Below are positions 52,338-64,000 of a stretch of DNA of 64,000 nt, piece by piece. Below the pieces are notes generated by a model. The model was not told the origin of the DNA. It saw nothing but the letters and a program-made list of their open reading frames with translations, and searched no databases. The translations under genes were made by a program, and so were the position numbers. This DNA is from Bugula neritina (lineage: Eukaryota; Animalia; Bryozoa). Position 1 is the stretch's first letter. Each line of letters begins with the position of its first letter. The stretch covers positions 2,418,001 to 2,482,000 of the forward strand of contig OZ037765.1 in assembly GCA_964035545.1 (NCBI GenBank), written 5' to 3'.

Positions 52338-55207
52338 CAATAGAGGGGTTTCAGACATCCCTCCAGAGGAATTTGTATTTTAAAGTTGTCTCCCCCTACA
52401 GGGATTGGGGGCAGTCTCAATGATATATAGAAGGACCATAAAATAAGTAGAGATGTATGGTTTGAGTGAAGACTACTACTAGTATAAGTTTCATTTTTTC
52501 TGAGATTAATATTTTGGCATAGGTACACATATGAGCAGTTTCAGAATTTTTTTAAAAAAATTTGTTAATGATAAATGGCACAGAAAGAAAACTTCAAAGC
52601 ATATTTGTGGTTTTGATTATTGAGCAAATCTGAAGCTGGCAGCTGTCATTATTATTTGCTTTGCTGACTGTAACCAGTCTGGTTAGAGCTGCTAACCTTT
52701 CAACTCTTAGAACAATAATAACATGCTCGTACACTATATAGCTGCACTAGTGGGCTCTGTCTTACTGAACTCCAAATGCTCCAAATTATGGGTTGGAACA
52801 CATGCCTGTACGTTTATGAAGGCACTGGCTCATTTGTATTAACATGTTCACGTACTTACACACCTATACTATGAAAATAACTAAGCCACCCTACTATCTA
52901 ATATTTCTATATATCAAAAAAATTAATATAAATATAAAGATATGTATTAAAATAGATAGATTAAATTTGTAATTTCAAACAACATCTTATCTAAAAATGC
53001 CAAACACTGTAAAACTATATATATTTTTTAAAAGCATTTGTTTACATGACATGCCTGCAAGTCAATGAAAATATTTAAAGAACAGGAAAAAGAAGCATAT
53101 AAATTTCAGAATAGTTTCTTCTTTTCTGAGATAAATATTTTGGAAATGTCCCACAATTCAACATTTAAATTAAGTCTGTAAAAGAATTTTTCACAGTGTA
53201 TTTTCAATGAATAATTATTCTTGCAAGCTGGTTTGTGTTTGTTCTGGCATGCCATTTTACAGTGGTCTAGTTAACTAGGTCAAAGTTCATTGAGGTGGAA
53301 TTGTTTTATTAACTTCCGTGTATTGATAAAATACTATCATTGGATTTAGAGCTTCTCTAAGCAACTTCGCAGTCTGATTAAATATCTGCGATACCTGCCT
53401 ATTAGACAATCCAAACCTAAAAAATAATATACTAAATCTTTGTATTACATGTATGGATGAAAAATAATGCAACAAATTGGCTAAAGCATGTTCAAGTAAT
53501 GTGAAAAACTCGAAATATAAATGAGTCCAACTAGAGCTAGTCAAGTGTGTAGTGTTTTTGGCCGATCTATATGTGTTGTTTAATCAGCTTATTATGTAGT
53601 GATGTAATCCTATATAATGTAATTTAAGTTAGACAGCTAAAGTTGGACAGTTCTCATTGTGCACTTTCTTGAATAAGCAGTTATGTAATATAGAGAGACA
53701 GCTACTCAACAGAGAGCTTCAAGCAAACAAAATTCTTGCAACAAGGTTGATTGAATACAAAACAGCTGCTGTTATTCTTATAGCAGCATGCATTGTATAA
53801 GAGATAGCCTGATGGTTCACATAGTTTACATTGACATACCACTGAAAATTATTAGAAACCACAGAAAAGATATAAAGGAGAGAATGCTGGCACAAAGGAA
53901 GTATAGCAATGCGGTCAAATATATGGCTGAAATCTGACCTAGAGATAAATAAGTACAAAATGTACATTATAGCTAAATCAGTAAAGCCAAATGATTTGAT
54001 ATAAAAAGTATTATCTCGGAATTTAGTGAAACTTAGTAGCATTATTTAGAACTCCACCTTTGAGCAACACCCGTATGGAGTAAAGCCAATCTTAATTTTA
54101 TTAGTGTCATAAGAATGCAGTCATTATGACATAGTTCGTTCTTTCTATACTTTACAGCTGGTACTAAATGTACATTTCAACTTTTTTTGAAAACAAAATA
54201 AGTTGCTTTGGCTGAAAAGTGCTTTTTTTTGATGATTTTTTTTCTGCAATGCAGCAGTATACAATTTACAATGCTCCAAAAACATTTCTTTATTAGGAAT
54301 GTTGGTATACAAACAGCTTGCAAGAATAGTTATTTATTGAAAATACACTGTGAAATTTTTTTTTTACAGACTTAATTTAAATGTTGAATGGTGGGACATT
54401 TCCAAAATATTCATCTCAGAAAAGAAGAAACTATTCTGAAATTTATATGCTTCTTTTTACTGTTCTCTAAATATTTTCATTGACTTGCAGGCATGCCATG
54501 TAAACAAATGCTTTTAAAAAATATATATAGTTATACAGTGTTTGGCATTTTTAGATAAGATGTTGTTTGAAATTACAAATTTAATCTATCTATTTTAATA
54601 CATATCTTTATATTTATATTAATTTTTTTGATATATAGAAATATTAGATAGTAGGGTGGCTTAGTTATTTTCATAGTATAGGTGTGTAAGTACGTGAACA
54701 TGTTAATACAAATGAGCCAGTGCCTTCATAAACGTACAGGCATGTGTTCCAACCCATAATTTGGAGCATTTGGAGTTCAGTAAGACAGAGCCCACTAGTG
54801 CAGCTATATAGTGTACGAGCATGTTATTATTGTTCTAAGAGTTGAAAGGTTAGCAGCTCTAACCAGACTGGTTACAGTCAGCAAAGCAAATAATAATGAC
54901 AGCTGCCAGCTTCAGATTTGCTCAATAACCAAAACCACAAATATGCTTTGAAGTTTTCTTTCTGTGCCATTTATCATTAACAAATTTTTTTAAAAAAATT
55001 CTGAAACTGCTCATATGTGTACCTATGCCAAAATAATAATCTCAGAAAAAATGAAACTTATACTAGTAGTAGTCTTCACTCAAACCATACATCTCTACTT
55101 ATTTTATGGTCCTTCTATATATCATTGAGACTGCCCCCAATCCCTGTAGGGGGAGACAACTTTAAAATACAAATTCCTCTGGAGGGATGTCTGAAACCCC
55201 TCTATTG
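52338..55207. mobile_element. Foldback or long-TIR non-autonomous DNA element: arms ~52338-53235 and ~54309-55207, spacer ~1.07 kb
   Basis: The arms are reverse complements with few mismatches; the near-identical ORF appears at 52337(-) and 55017(+). Ends read caAT|AGAGGGG...CCCCTCT|ATtg. No intact transposase is visible. Confidence 0.85.
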
Positions 55208-55747
55208 GTGTAATTGTACAATGTTGAAAATGTAAGCAAAATTACTCTCTTAGTTTTACAGTAGCAGAAGCAATATTTTGCACACATTACCAAAAAGACT
55301 ATAAGTATATATAAATGCTACATCAATTTTATTTTTGAACTCTATATATACAAACAATTAATTTAAAAAATATTAATAAGTTAATAAAAAAACGTGACCG
55401 TAGTATATTAAGTTAGCTATGTATATTATGAGTTGTCTGCTACTTTCATAACAATAAGACAACTCTAAATTTCTATGTAATCCACATAAAATTTAAATAA
55501 ATAATTTATTAAGCTCTTTTAATCAACTTACTACTTTAAAATGATAACACTCAGTATAAAGGCATTACTCATCTGCTATGCATAGAGTAAGAAAGTAACA
55601 GGAATCAATGTTGCTATATAAATGTACATATAGGTCACATGACTGGAATTTTTAATATATATCAGTCAGCGCATGATTATATAACCTTATGTTCACTATT
55701 TTACACTAAATGTCACACTGATAAAGAGATCAATAGAGGTTGAGAGA

Positions 55748-58700
55748 TCACGCAGGTTCCTTGTGCCACCATGGCCTACTCGCACAAGTTATAAACACAA
55801 TCAGTGCTATCAGACAGAGAAACATGGCAAGGTTTTCAGCTTTAAGTGATGATGGGATGTCACCGTATACAGGATACAGCAGGTGCTCTCTTGTCCAAGG
55901 AGGTACACAAAGCTCGCACTCTTGACTTTTCTTCTTGTAATAACTAAAAGCAGAAGAGATATTGAAATCAAATCACTTATGTTGTGGGGGGGGGGGGGAG
56001 TGATGGCTTGCTTCTTTTACACTAACTAGTAAAATACCCGTGGCTAAATTAATACCAATGAATATGGATGCTACAGCTATTGGTGCAAACAATGGTGGCT
56101 ATATATACTCTTTGTAATGAGAGGATACAACTATCCCAACTAGAATAACTAAAACAACTCATACTTTCTCCTGTAACATTTAAATTCTAAAAGATCTGCT
56201 CCGATTCTAACCAGTAGTTTAAATAATAAGTATCTAAAACCTCTAATTCTCCACTACTTGGAGGATTCACATGATAACTAAGACTATCTATGTAATATGT
56301 ACACTGCACTAATATATTCTTACTACTAACTGGGACACATTTATCAGCCTGTAGATCATAGAAATATAAATAATTTCTTCTGTACCTGCTTGTCCACTAG
56401 CACTGTCTCCCAGTCACTTTGATAGTAGTAATCATAATAAAACTAGGAATTCTTAATATCACAATTATTACTACTGTGCACCATAATATTATCTTTATTT
56501 TTAATGGTTATTGTTTTTTCCATCTAATAACAATAATATTAAAATGATCATTTATTATTCTACACAGTATAGAGAGATAGGTTAGCACTTTAGCAGCCAC
56601 ATATTGCAGTGTTGAGACTCCCAGGTAGCACCTGTAACTCAATGGTTAGCATGCTAGCTTGACCACAGGCCTGTAGGTGAGGGCATTCCTTTTAAACACA
56701 TTCTAACAGGACATGCACACTTGCCATACAATATTATATCAGCAGATATTATTACAAATGATTAGGTAATTCTTCACAGCTTCATATTGCCTGGTAAATT
56801 TTTACAGACATAATTAAAACACAATTTTCGTCATTCCTATGAATAGTTTTATTCTCAAAAATATTTTGAATAAATAGAGGGGGTATTATTTGAGCCCCTC
56901 GTTACGATGCTGTCAAAAGTGATGAGGCCACAGGTTATTATTATATAGGAATAATTATAAGGTGATACATTATTTCATGTAATTAACTGTCTAAAAATGA
57001 AAGTTGCAATGACTGGATTTCAGCCAATTGCAGACTAGTATCTAGTAACCATAGCAACAAGTAGATCAGACAACTTCAGGATGTTGCTGATTAGAGAGTG
57101 TGAGATATCAGTATGAGTAAGTCAACTATGATTCATTGCTAGTAGCTGACCCTAACCTACACAAGATAGAGAATATACACATATGTTAGCTGCGGGTAGA
57201 CATAGCTGCAGGTAGACATAGCTGTAGTTAGACACACTGCAGGTAGCATAATGGATATTACATTGTATACAATACTCCTTCTTGTTTCTACGTCTGGAGT
57301 ATTAGCAGGTAAATATTATATTTGAAATTTCATATTATTATAACGTTTTTGCTTAAAAATCATACACTGTTCTGTACAACAGAAAAACCATAAATGCTTC
57401 ATTAAGTTGAAATATTCTGTTCTCCAAAAAGTTTTTTTAACTTCCTCTAAATCTAAAAATAGCATTAGTTATAGATTTTCTTGTTTTCTCTGAAAAAATA
57501 AAGTCATAAAATTTTAACAGCCCATTCTGCTCCAACCATCAACTAGCTTCATCTATCTTAGCGTGCATACTGGTACAGTTTGACTGGATTTTTACCACAT
57601 TTTCAGCTGAAATTCCAAATGTTATAAACCACTTTGCACTGTGCCAACCTTTATATACATATCATATTTCTAAATAAAATAGAACCATTCTTAGAGGATT
57701 GCACAAAATTAATGTTAAAGAAAACTTTTATTGCTACTGAAAATCATGCATTGTAAAGATCATCTAGCAGATTTAATATGTTTACTAGGTGAAAGCAAGA
57801 CTTAGCAAGTGGTGTTTGGTACCTAAACACTCAGTCAATTAGAGCAGCAAATTAATTTCTATGCCTGCATGATAGCAAAAGCTGTGTCAATCCATTAATT
57901 TTAAAAAGAAGGGTAAACTTAAATTTAATTTTATGATAGTCGAGAAAATGACATACAACTCAAAGGTACTTGCAGAAAAAACTTCTCTTAGCTTAATAAA
58001 AACACAACTAAATTATAATAATTATGATTTATAAACCTAAACGTTATGTTCCCATGAAAGATGTTAAAGATAGAAGTTAGGAGGTGAAGTGATGCACAAG
58101 TTCACAGTATACGCACTTAATCTCTTCAAATGCTATGAAGACTTGAAGAGATCAAATAGTATATGTGATGTGACAAAGATGTCTAGCCACTACATTAAAA
58201 TGCTATTTTAATGTATACACGCAGGGTGTAGATATGACGAAGAGCTCAAGGAGCATACCTGTGGTAAACATGGTGAATGCAGAGAAACCAAGATCTCTAG
58301 CTTGTTTGTACTAAGATACTGTCAGTGCAGTAGAGGGTACAGTGGGAAGGAAAGCTGTGATACAAGATGTGGTGAGTTGATTGAACCACATAATATAATA
58401 ATATATTATTACTATAGTAGTATATTGTATGTATAGCATAATTATATTACAATATTACAAAAAAGTATAAAAATACTAATACTTAAATTGTACTTTTAAT
58501 TATTATAGCACAATAATTATTATAGTATGTACGTATTATTGCTTTAATAATATAAAAATTATATTATGCTAAATGCTATAAATGCACATTATTATATAAT
58601 AACACTAGGAAAATATATGACTATAATAATATTTTTGAATATAGTAATCTTACAGGAAAACACTAAGTGAATAGTGTAAATGCAGGGTATATATAGAATT

Positions 58701-61700
58701 ATATAATGACCATAATAGCATTAGGATACAAGATACCTTGTAGTTATTGTACCATATAGACAATATATTATTGTTTAGTATTTCAGCATACATGAATCAG
58801 CTATAGTTAGTCTGATCACAACTCAATATAAAAGTGAGATATTACAGCCTAAACTAGCAACAACAATGTTTCACCAGTGTTTTTCAAAATAGATCCAAGT
58901 AAGCGCAAACAGACAGTTTCTTTATAAACTAACATTGAACTGCGGATATTGCTTCCCTGTCATTAAGGACAACAAGGCATGAACCTATAGACCTAAAATC
59001 AGTACAACTATAAGCAAAACAACTACTATTACAATTGTTATGAACTTGGTGTGTGTAGGGAATTATTGATTTAAATCTACTTTTTCGTGTGAATATCGAG
59101 TTTTTTACAAGATTAGAACAAGACCACACTATCACATGATATCATTAAGGCGCTTACATAACAATTCTCCAGGAAGACAAGATTATACCTCCACTAAACC
59201 TCTAAGGTCACCTTCTATTACTACCTATAGTATGGAAATCCTTTACAACTTATGGCCAAATTATCACTAGTGGAAAAATATTGTGTCCAGTATGAATAAG
59301 AGAATTAATACGTGTTTTTGAGAATTGATGTTGATTAAGCCGGCATTGTAAAGCACACTCATTAACTATCAGACCGATAATCGAAGATATAGGAGGTAGT
59401 ATATCACTTGATTTCATAGAAGATGGAATAGTTTGTAAAATATTAATTTATTAGAAGTTGCACAGTATTGCCAAATAAAAAAAAAACAATTGTTATTTAT
59501 CCATGAATAATTGCAGTTTTTTTCCTACCGTGCGTACTTATTGTATCAAATTAATATTTTTCTCACAAATTAGTAACCCACGTCTATTTGCAGTGGATTG
59601 TTGTGACAATATGGCGGAACAGTGCCGCAACAAGAGGTACACTTCCCTGTGTAAACTGCCAAAGTGTCTCCGCAGAGTCCTTAGAAGTAGGAAGTGCCCA
59701 AAGACATCTCCGAGCAGAAAGAAAATTCTAGAAACTTTACACACCTATCTATCCTTTTGCAAGAAATCTAAATAGCCTGTGCTCTACACCTTGACAACAG
59801 CCCTACTGTGTCCACTAGAATAAGTTGAAGAGCAAACTGAAGCCAGGGCTATGAAAACCAAATACTTTATAATAAAAAGTAAAATTCATCTTTCAATACT
59901 CATTTATAATGACTTACTGTTAAAAGCTCTCAATGTTTGTATATAGTTAATGATATACTCATGATTCATTTCTCTAGCATTTTCTTTATTTAAATAAGCT
60001 AATGTATAAAATTATTAATTTTATTACACTACTATGGTCATATATATATATATTCATTCATTTTATAAATTTTTCTCTTTTGTCATTTTGAAACACATTT
60101 GGAAAACAAATGTAAATTGTTTTAAGATGGAAATAATTATTAAATGTTATTTTGGTAGACCAATGTTGTTTGATTTACTGCTGTTTTACTATTATAAAAT
60201 GTAAATAATACTCCCACAAGGTAAAATAAATATATTGAATGTATTTATAAATGTGAAAACTAATGCTATTATATATTAGGGCTTCTTTGGCTAACATCAA
60301 CTGAATAAAAGAAATATTCAACCAGCTGTTGTACGTATTCAGAGTAGTAAAACTGATACTAAAGATATTAAAAGTTATTATTGCATATCACCCTGTATGG
60401 GTTTATAGCTTTAGATCAAAACAAAGCATGAAAAATCATGTTTAAATAAACTAAATGTTTACATTTATTACTCAAGTGTGATACTACTATAGTGGGTAAT
60501 TAGATTTATAATTTAACTTCTAAATTTAAGTTTCAGTCTAGTAAATATTTTGGATGCACTTTGTTTAAACAGATTTTATTGCAACTAGATTAGTTCTGAT
60601 TCCATTGATATTTGAAAGAACTAAATATTGTACTTCAAATATTATTGCACTATTTCCTCAATAACACATCAGAATTCCAGAAGCATCTTTGGTTGTCATC
60701 AATGACTCACACTAAGAATATTAAAGAGTACATAGTACTAAATACAAACAAAGCCTTGGATCTTACCTTATGACAGGTAGGGGTGGGGAGGCTGGTACCT
60801 CAACAAACTGTGTGCTGAATGTAAAAGGAAACAACTTCTTAGAAGAGTTGTCACAACCTGTTCCGAGGCAGTCAAATGCCCAATCAACTTCTTTAACACT
60901 AAAACCAAGCAGATAAAAGACAGTCCAGTGCTATGTTTAGATGGAGCTGACACTTATTAGTAATCTAATTACACAAATATTGCTTGTTTACAACAGACTG
61001 TCAACTTCAATTATAAGTGTACAGATTTATTATTAACTTTTCTTTTGTGTGAAAGAATTTCCAAGTTGAGATGTTAAGGAAACTAATAATATTTTACTCC
61101 CTTTGGATGAGTTGTTCTATTTGATTGCAAATGCCCATAGCAGAAACAACCACCAGTTCTATGGCCCACAGCAATAAAAATAATATCATTTTTACACTCT
61201 AAATGTTGCAACTGCTTTGTCATGTGTAGATCTTTGCTTAGCTTACTCTTATGACTTCTGGTAAACTCTTTACCTCTCATAATATGAGCAAGACTAGTGC
61301 TAGTTAAACAGCTTACAACTTCACAACAGCATTTTTTTTTAATATTAAACCCATCATGCCTTTTTCTTCTACACAACGATTTACTTGCTATTGCTAATAA
61401 CAGAACTTGTTTTGGGGGAGGGAAGGGGTAAGAGAGGCTCAACACCTTTGGCGCCAAGTCAATAATAGCTTCAGTTCTCAAAGCTGCTACTCAATATTTC
61501 CCACCAAAAGACAGAAAGCACTGGCAGTGATAACTCACACTATAGGAATTGTCTACTTATTTATTAATAATATTCCGGGGCATAGCTCAGCAGCGAGTTT
61601 CATTGGCTAGTGAATCAAACAATTCCTCAGAACTTAATAGATAGCGTTCCTAGAACTACTTGACCACAGCTATATGAAATGCATGTTACTGACTAATAGC

Positions 61701-63945
61701 CTACCAATCCCAACTCTGACTCAACTGCACTATTAACTCCTTTCCCATTACACACTGATATTATCTAACTAGCTACATCTGAGGCTAAGATCAGTACAAC
61801 ACAGGAAGTGACCTAATAAATATCTCAATGAAAGGAAATAAGATTCATATCACAACCTCTTACCTAACTTTAGCTCCTACGATCTCATAGATGGGAAATC
61901 CCGCAGACTTGCCGGCTAGTGCATAGAGCACTTGCAGACTAGCAGTGGCAGGTACTCCAGAGCACTGGCCCTCAACTGTCACTTTCGGAGTTTCTGTTAC
62001 TACAGTGGCAGGTGTGTCTGTGGTATTACTATTATTAGCAGCAGTAGTAGTAGTAGGAACAGTAGTGACAGTTGTTGGCACAGTAGAGCTGTTAGTTAAA
62101 GAGTTATTAGTAGAGGCCATAGTAGTAGTAGTGGATACTATACTGTAGTCTTTAATATCTCTACAAAGAAGAAAGCAGCAATAATTTACCATTAGATGAA
62201 AAAATTTGTTGCTTACATCCCAGTTTATATGAATGACATCAACTGACAGTGTAAAGTGGGTTCTTGTCCCTTGTTAACAGACACTGTGGGCGTCCCCCAC
62301 ACCCCTACACCACAGGGCAATTTTGTCATTAAATATATTCACCTGGGGTTGTTGTAACCACGTACATAGCTACATGCAAAAAACATGCCGTATATGTCAA
62401 CATAGATAAAACTGACCACAAACAAAACTAACATTTGATAAAGTTGTAGATATAATAGGTTGTAGAACATAATTAGATGTATAGAATATAATGAGATATA
62501 CTGAATATAATTAGATGTAGAGGATATAATTAGCAATGATTAACTAGGGTATAAATAACTGCAGTGGTTGCCAAAAATTAAATTGCCTGGTAGCTGTGAT
62601 TTATTACACTGTAGAAGTATATAAACATAACATGTCTGTAATAAGTGGAAAACCACAATTACAAAATATCTATTTCTGTAATTACAACTTCAAAGCAGTA
62701 TTTTCAAATAACCTTTATAGATTTATATCAAAGTAAAAAGTTGTAAGTTTGCTTCCCAAATTTGTATCCTGCTGTTTAAGGCCTGGCCTCACGCTCTCGT
62801 GAGAATCACACGAAATCGTCTATTTGACACGAAAACACAAACATACGATAAAAATAGAGGGAATTCAAACAAAATCGTCTTCGTTGGGTGCACCCAATGA
62901 AGACGATGGACGAAAAATCGCAATTAATGATAAGCACTACTTGATTGGTCAACAGAATTTTAGCAACAGTAATTATTTCATTTCTACCACGTTTCTCTGT
63001 TTGGCAATTTTCTGCTGTTTGTATCTCGTGCAAGACTGATTCACGGACTATTTATTATGCGTTTCGTCCGACGAGTGTGTGGCTGGTCATAATGAGAGGA
63101 TAACTCACGAAAATCGTCACATGAGTTTCGTGTGATTCTCACGAGCCTGAGGCCAAGCCTTTATACAAATTACGCCTGTGTGAAAATATGCTAAAGTATT
63201 TATAGCAGCATGAAAGAACATTCATTCATGTACATATTACACATTATCATGATACATAATTGAGAACACTAATATTATGGAAGAAAAACCTAAATGAAGT
63301 GCCAGTAAAATGCAATAAAGTTATAAAATCTGTTCAGATGGAGAAAAGCTCTTCTATAATTGCAACTTCCAACTAAAGAAGAAAAGAAAAAAGAGGAAAA
63401 AGAAATTTAGTTGTCATGAATTTAGGCAAACAAATGTTATGTTAAGAAATATCTAGAAGTTTGACTGACAAGCATGTTAACAACTTGTGTAAACACAATA
63501 AAATGGAATAATATTACTCTAAAGTTGCGTTTTAGGAAAAAGTCATGGTCTAGAAGTTATAGCTTTGGCCTAATAGTCAAAAGGTCATGAGTTCAAATCT
63601 TAGCAGAGCCATTTGTGATGTCACTAAAGACATTCAGTTCCAATTGTCACAGCATACACCTTCTTTAACTTAAAACCTCGACTATCAAACAACCAAAACA
63701 AAACCTAGATAATAGCCTAAGGTTTGTAAACATGAAACTAGTCAGTTTAGGTTTCCTATAAGCTGCTCTCAATGAGCACAGGCCTGAATGAGCACAGGCC
63801 TGAATGAGCACAGGCTATGAGTCTGTACCTTAGTATGTATATCCACTGGGAGAAGAACTTGTAGTTTGGAGTCCCGAATCTGCTGATGAACAGATCAGAA
63901 CCTGCGACAGGAAAGTGACTTTCCAGCTCTTCGTACATCTGAGAT
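55748..63945 (-). CDS. TCTN2: Tectonic-2-like ciliary transition-zone protein; last four exons, 5' part beyond the window
   Basis: Exons 63829-63945 (ISRFGTPNY...WIYILR), 61864-62160 (CSGVPA..L.VLYA.AG...EIVGAKV), 60767-60898 (VDWAFDC...C...FSTQFVEVPA.PP.P) and 55748-55943 (C..C...LLYP, TM helix, RPWW...*). All three joins are phase 2. The C-terminal TM plus PW fits TCTN2 rather than TCTN1/3. Confidence 0.85.
57022..57122 (+). promoter_or_regulatory. Putative promoter and 5'UTR exon of the nested gene (CCAAT, RFX X-box)
   Basis: AGCCAAT at ~57022; X-box GTAACCATAGCAAC at 57045-57058; donor GTAAGT at 57117; acceptor CTGCAG ending at 57242, 8 nt before the ATG. Confidence 0.45.
57251..59775 (+). 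CDS. Nested secreted protein, 128 aa: signal peptide, EGF-like domain, basic Cys-rich domain
   Basis: Exons 57251-57308, 58225-58371 and 59594-59775 total 387 nt, with two phase-1 GT-AG introns. Protein: MDITLYTILLLVSTSGVLA-GCRYDEELKEHTCGKHGECRETKISSLFVLRYCQCSRGYSGKESCDTRCVDCCDNMAEQCRNKRYTSLCKLPKCLRRVLRSRKCPKTSPSRKKILETLHTYLSFCKKSK*. AATAAA at 59871. Confidence 0.85.
62779..63160. mobile_element. PIF/Harbinger (Tourist-like) MITE, 382 bp, in a TCTN2 intron
   Basis: Imperfect ~37-bp TIRs (AGGCCTGGCCTCACGCTCTCGTGAGAATCACACGAAA and TTTCGTGTGATTCTCACGAGCCTGAGGCCAAGCCT) flanked by a TTA duplication at 62776-78 and 63161-63; CpG-rich non-coding interior. Confidence 0.85.
63545..63612 (+). mobile_element. 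Possible degenerate tRNA-derived SINE head
   Basis: A-box-like TGGTCTAGAAG and B-box-like GAGTTCAAATC at tRNA-like spacing; no intact cloverleaf. Confidence 0.3.
63771..63816. repeat. 16-bp tandem repeat x3 just inside a TCTN2 donor
   Basis: (AATGAGCACAGGCCTG)x3, the last copy incomplete. Confidence 0.9.
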
Positions 63946-64000
63946 CTAATACACAGCATCATATATTATATACAGTACAGCAGAGTGGTGTGTTGATTGT

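Noticed and set aside
52337-52528. Near-identical ORFs at 52337(-) and 55017(+) as duplicated genes
   Set aside because: A by-product of the inverted repeat; no protein features or splice context.
53236-54308. Transposase within the foldback spacer
   Set aside because: Only short, stop-interrupted frames and no recognisable DDE motif by eye.
56386-56442. Possible extra TCTN2 exon (FYYDYYYQSDWETVLVDKQ)
   Set aside because: Open only in phase 0-0, whereas the flanking exons join in phase 2; in phase 2 it hits a stop.
62245-62375. GC-rich hairpin with H/ACA-like boxes in a TCTN2 intron
   Set aside because: The first hairpin is poorly formed, and the GGGGTGTGGGGG..CCCAC motif resembles common MITE interiors; support is insufficient.

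Overview
AT-rich, intron-dense animal genomic DNA, probably an invertebrate; the taxon cannot be fixed from sequence alone. Most short ORFs in the track are exon fragments or noise, so genes were rebuilt by hand from splice sites and exon phases. Left to right: (1) FRAS1 on the - strand (signal peptide, 6 VWC, CSPG repeats, Calx-beta repeats; 3' end runs off the window), apparently lacking the furin-like repeat block. (2) USP39 on the - strand, whose introns carry tandem repeats that copy its own splice sites, including a 768-nt intron made almost entirely of about 30 in-frame copies of its 5' splice site. (3) C2orf68/UPF0561 on the + strand, head-to-head with USP39 as in human, with a GC-AG intron. 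(4) A 2.9-kb foldback element with about 900-bp inverted arms. (5) The 3' part of Tectonic-2 on the - strand. Its last intron hides an antisense three-coding-exon gene for a 128-aa secreted protein (EGF domain plus a cationic 8-Cys domain), preceded by an RFX X-box. Also present: a PIF/Harbinger MITE, a candidate structured intronic RNA and several mini/microsatellites.
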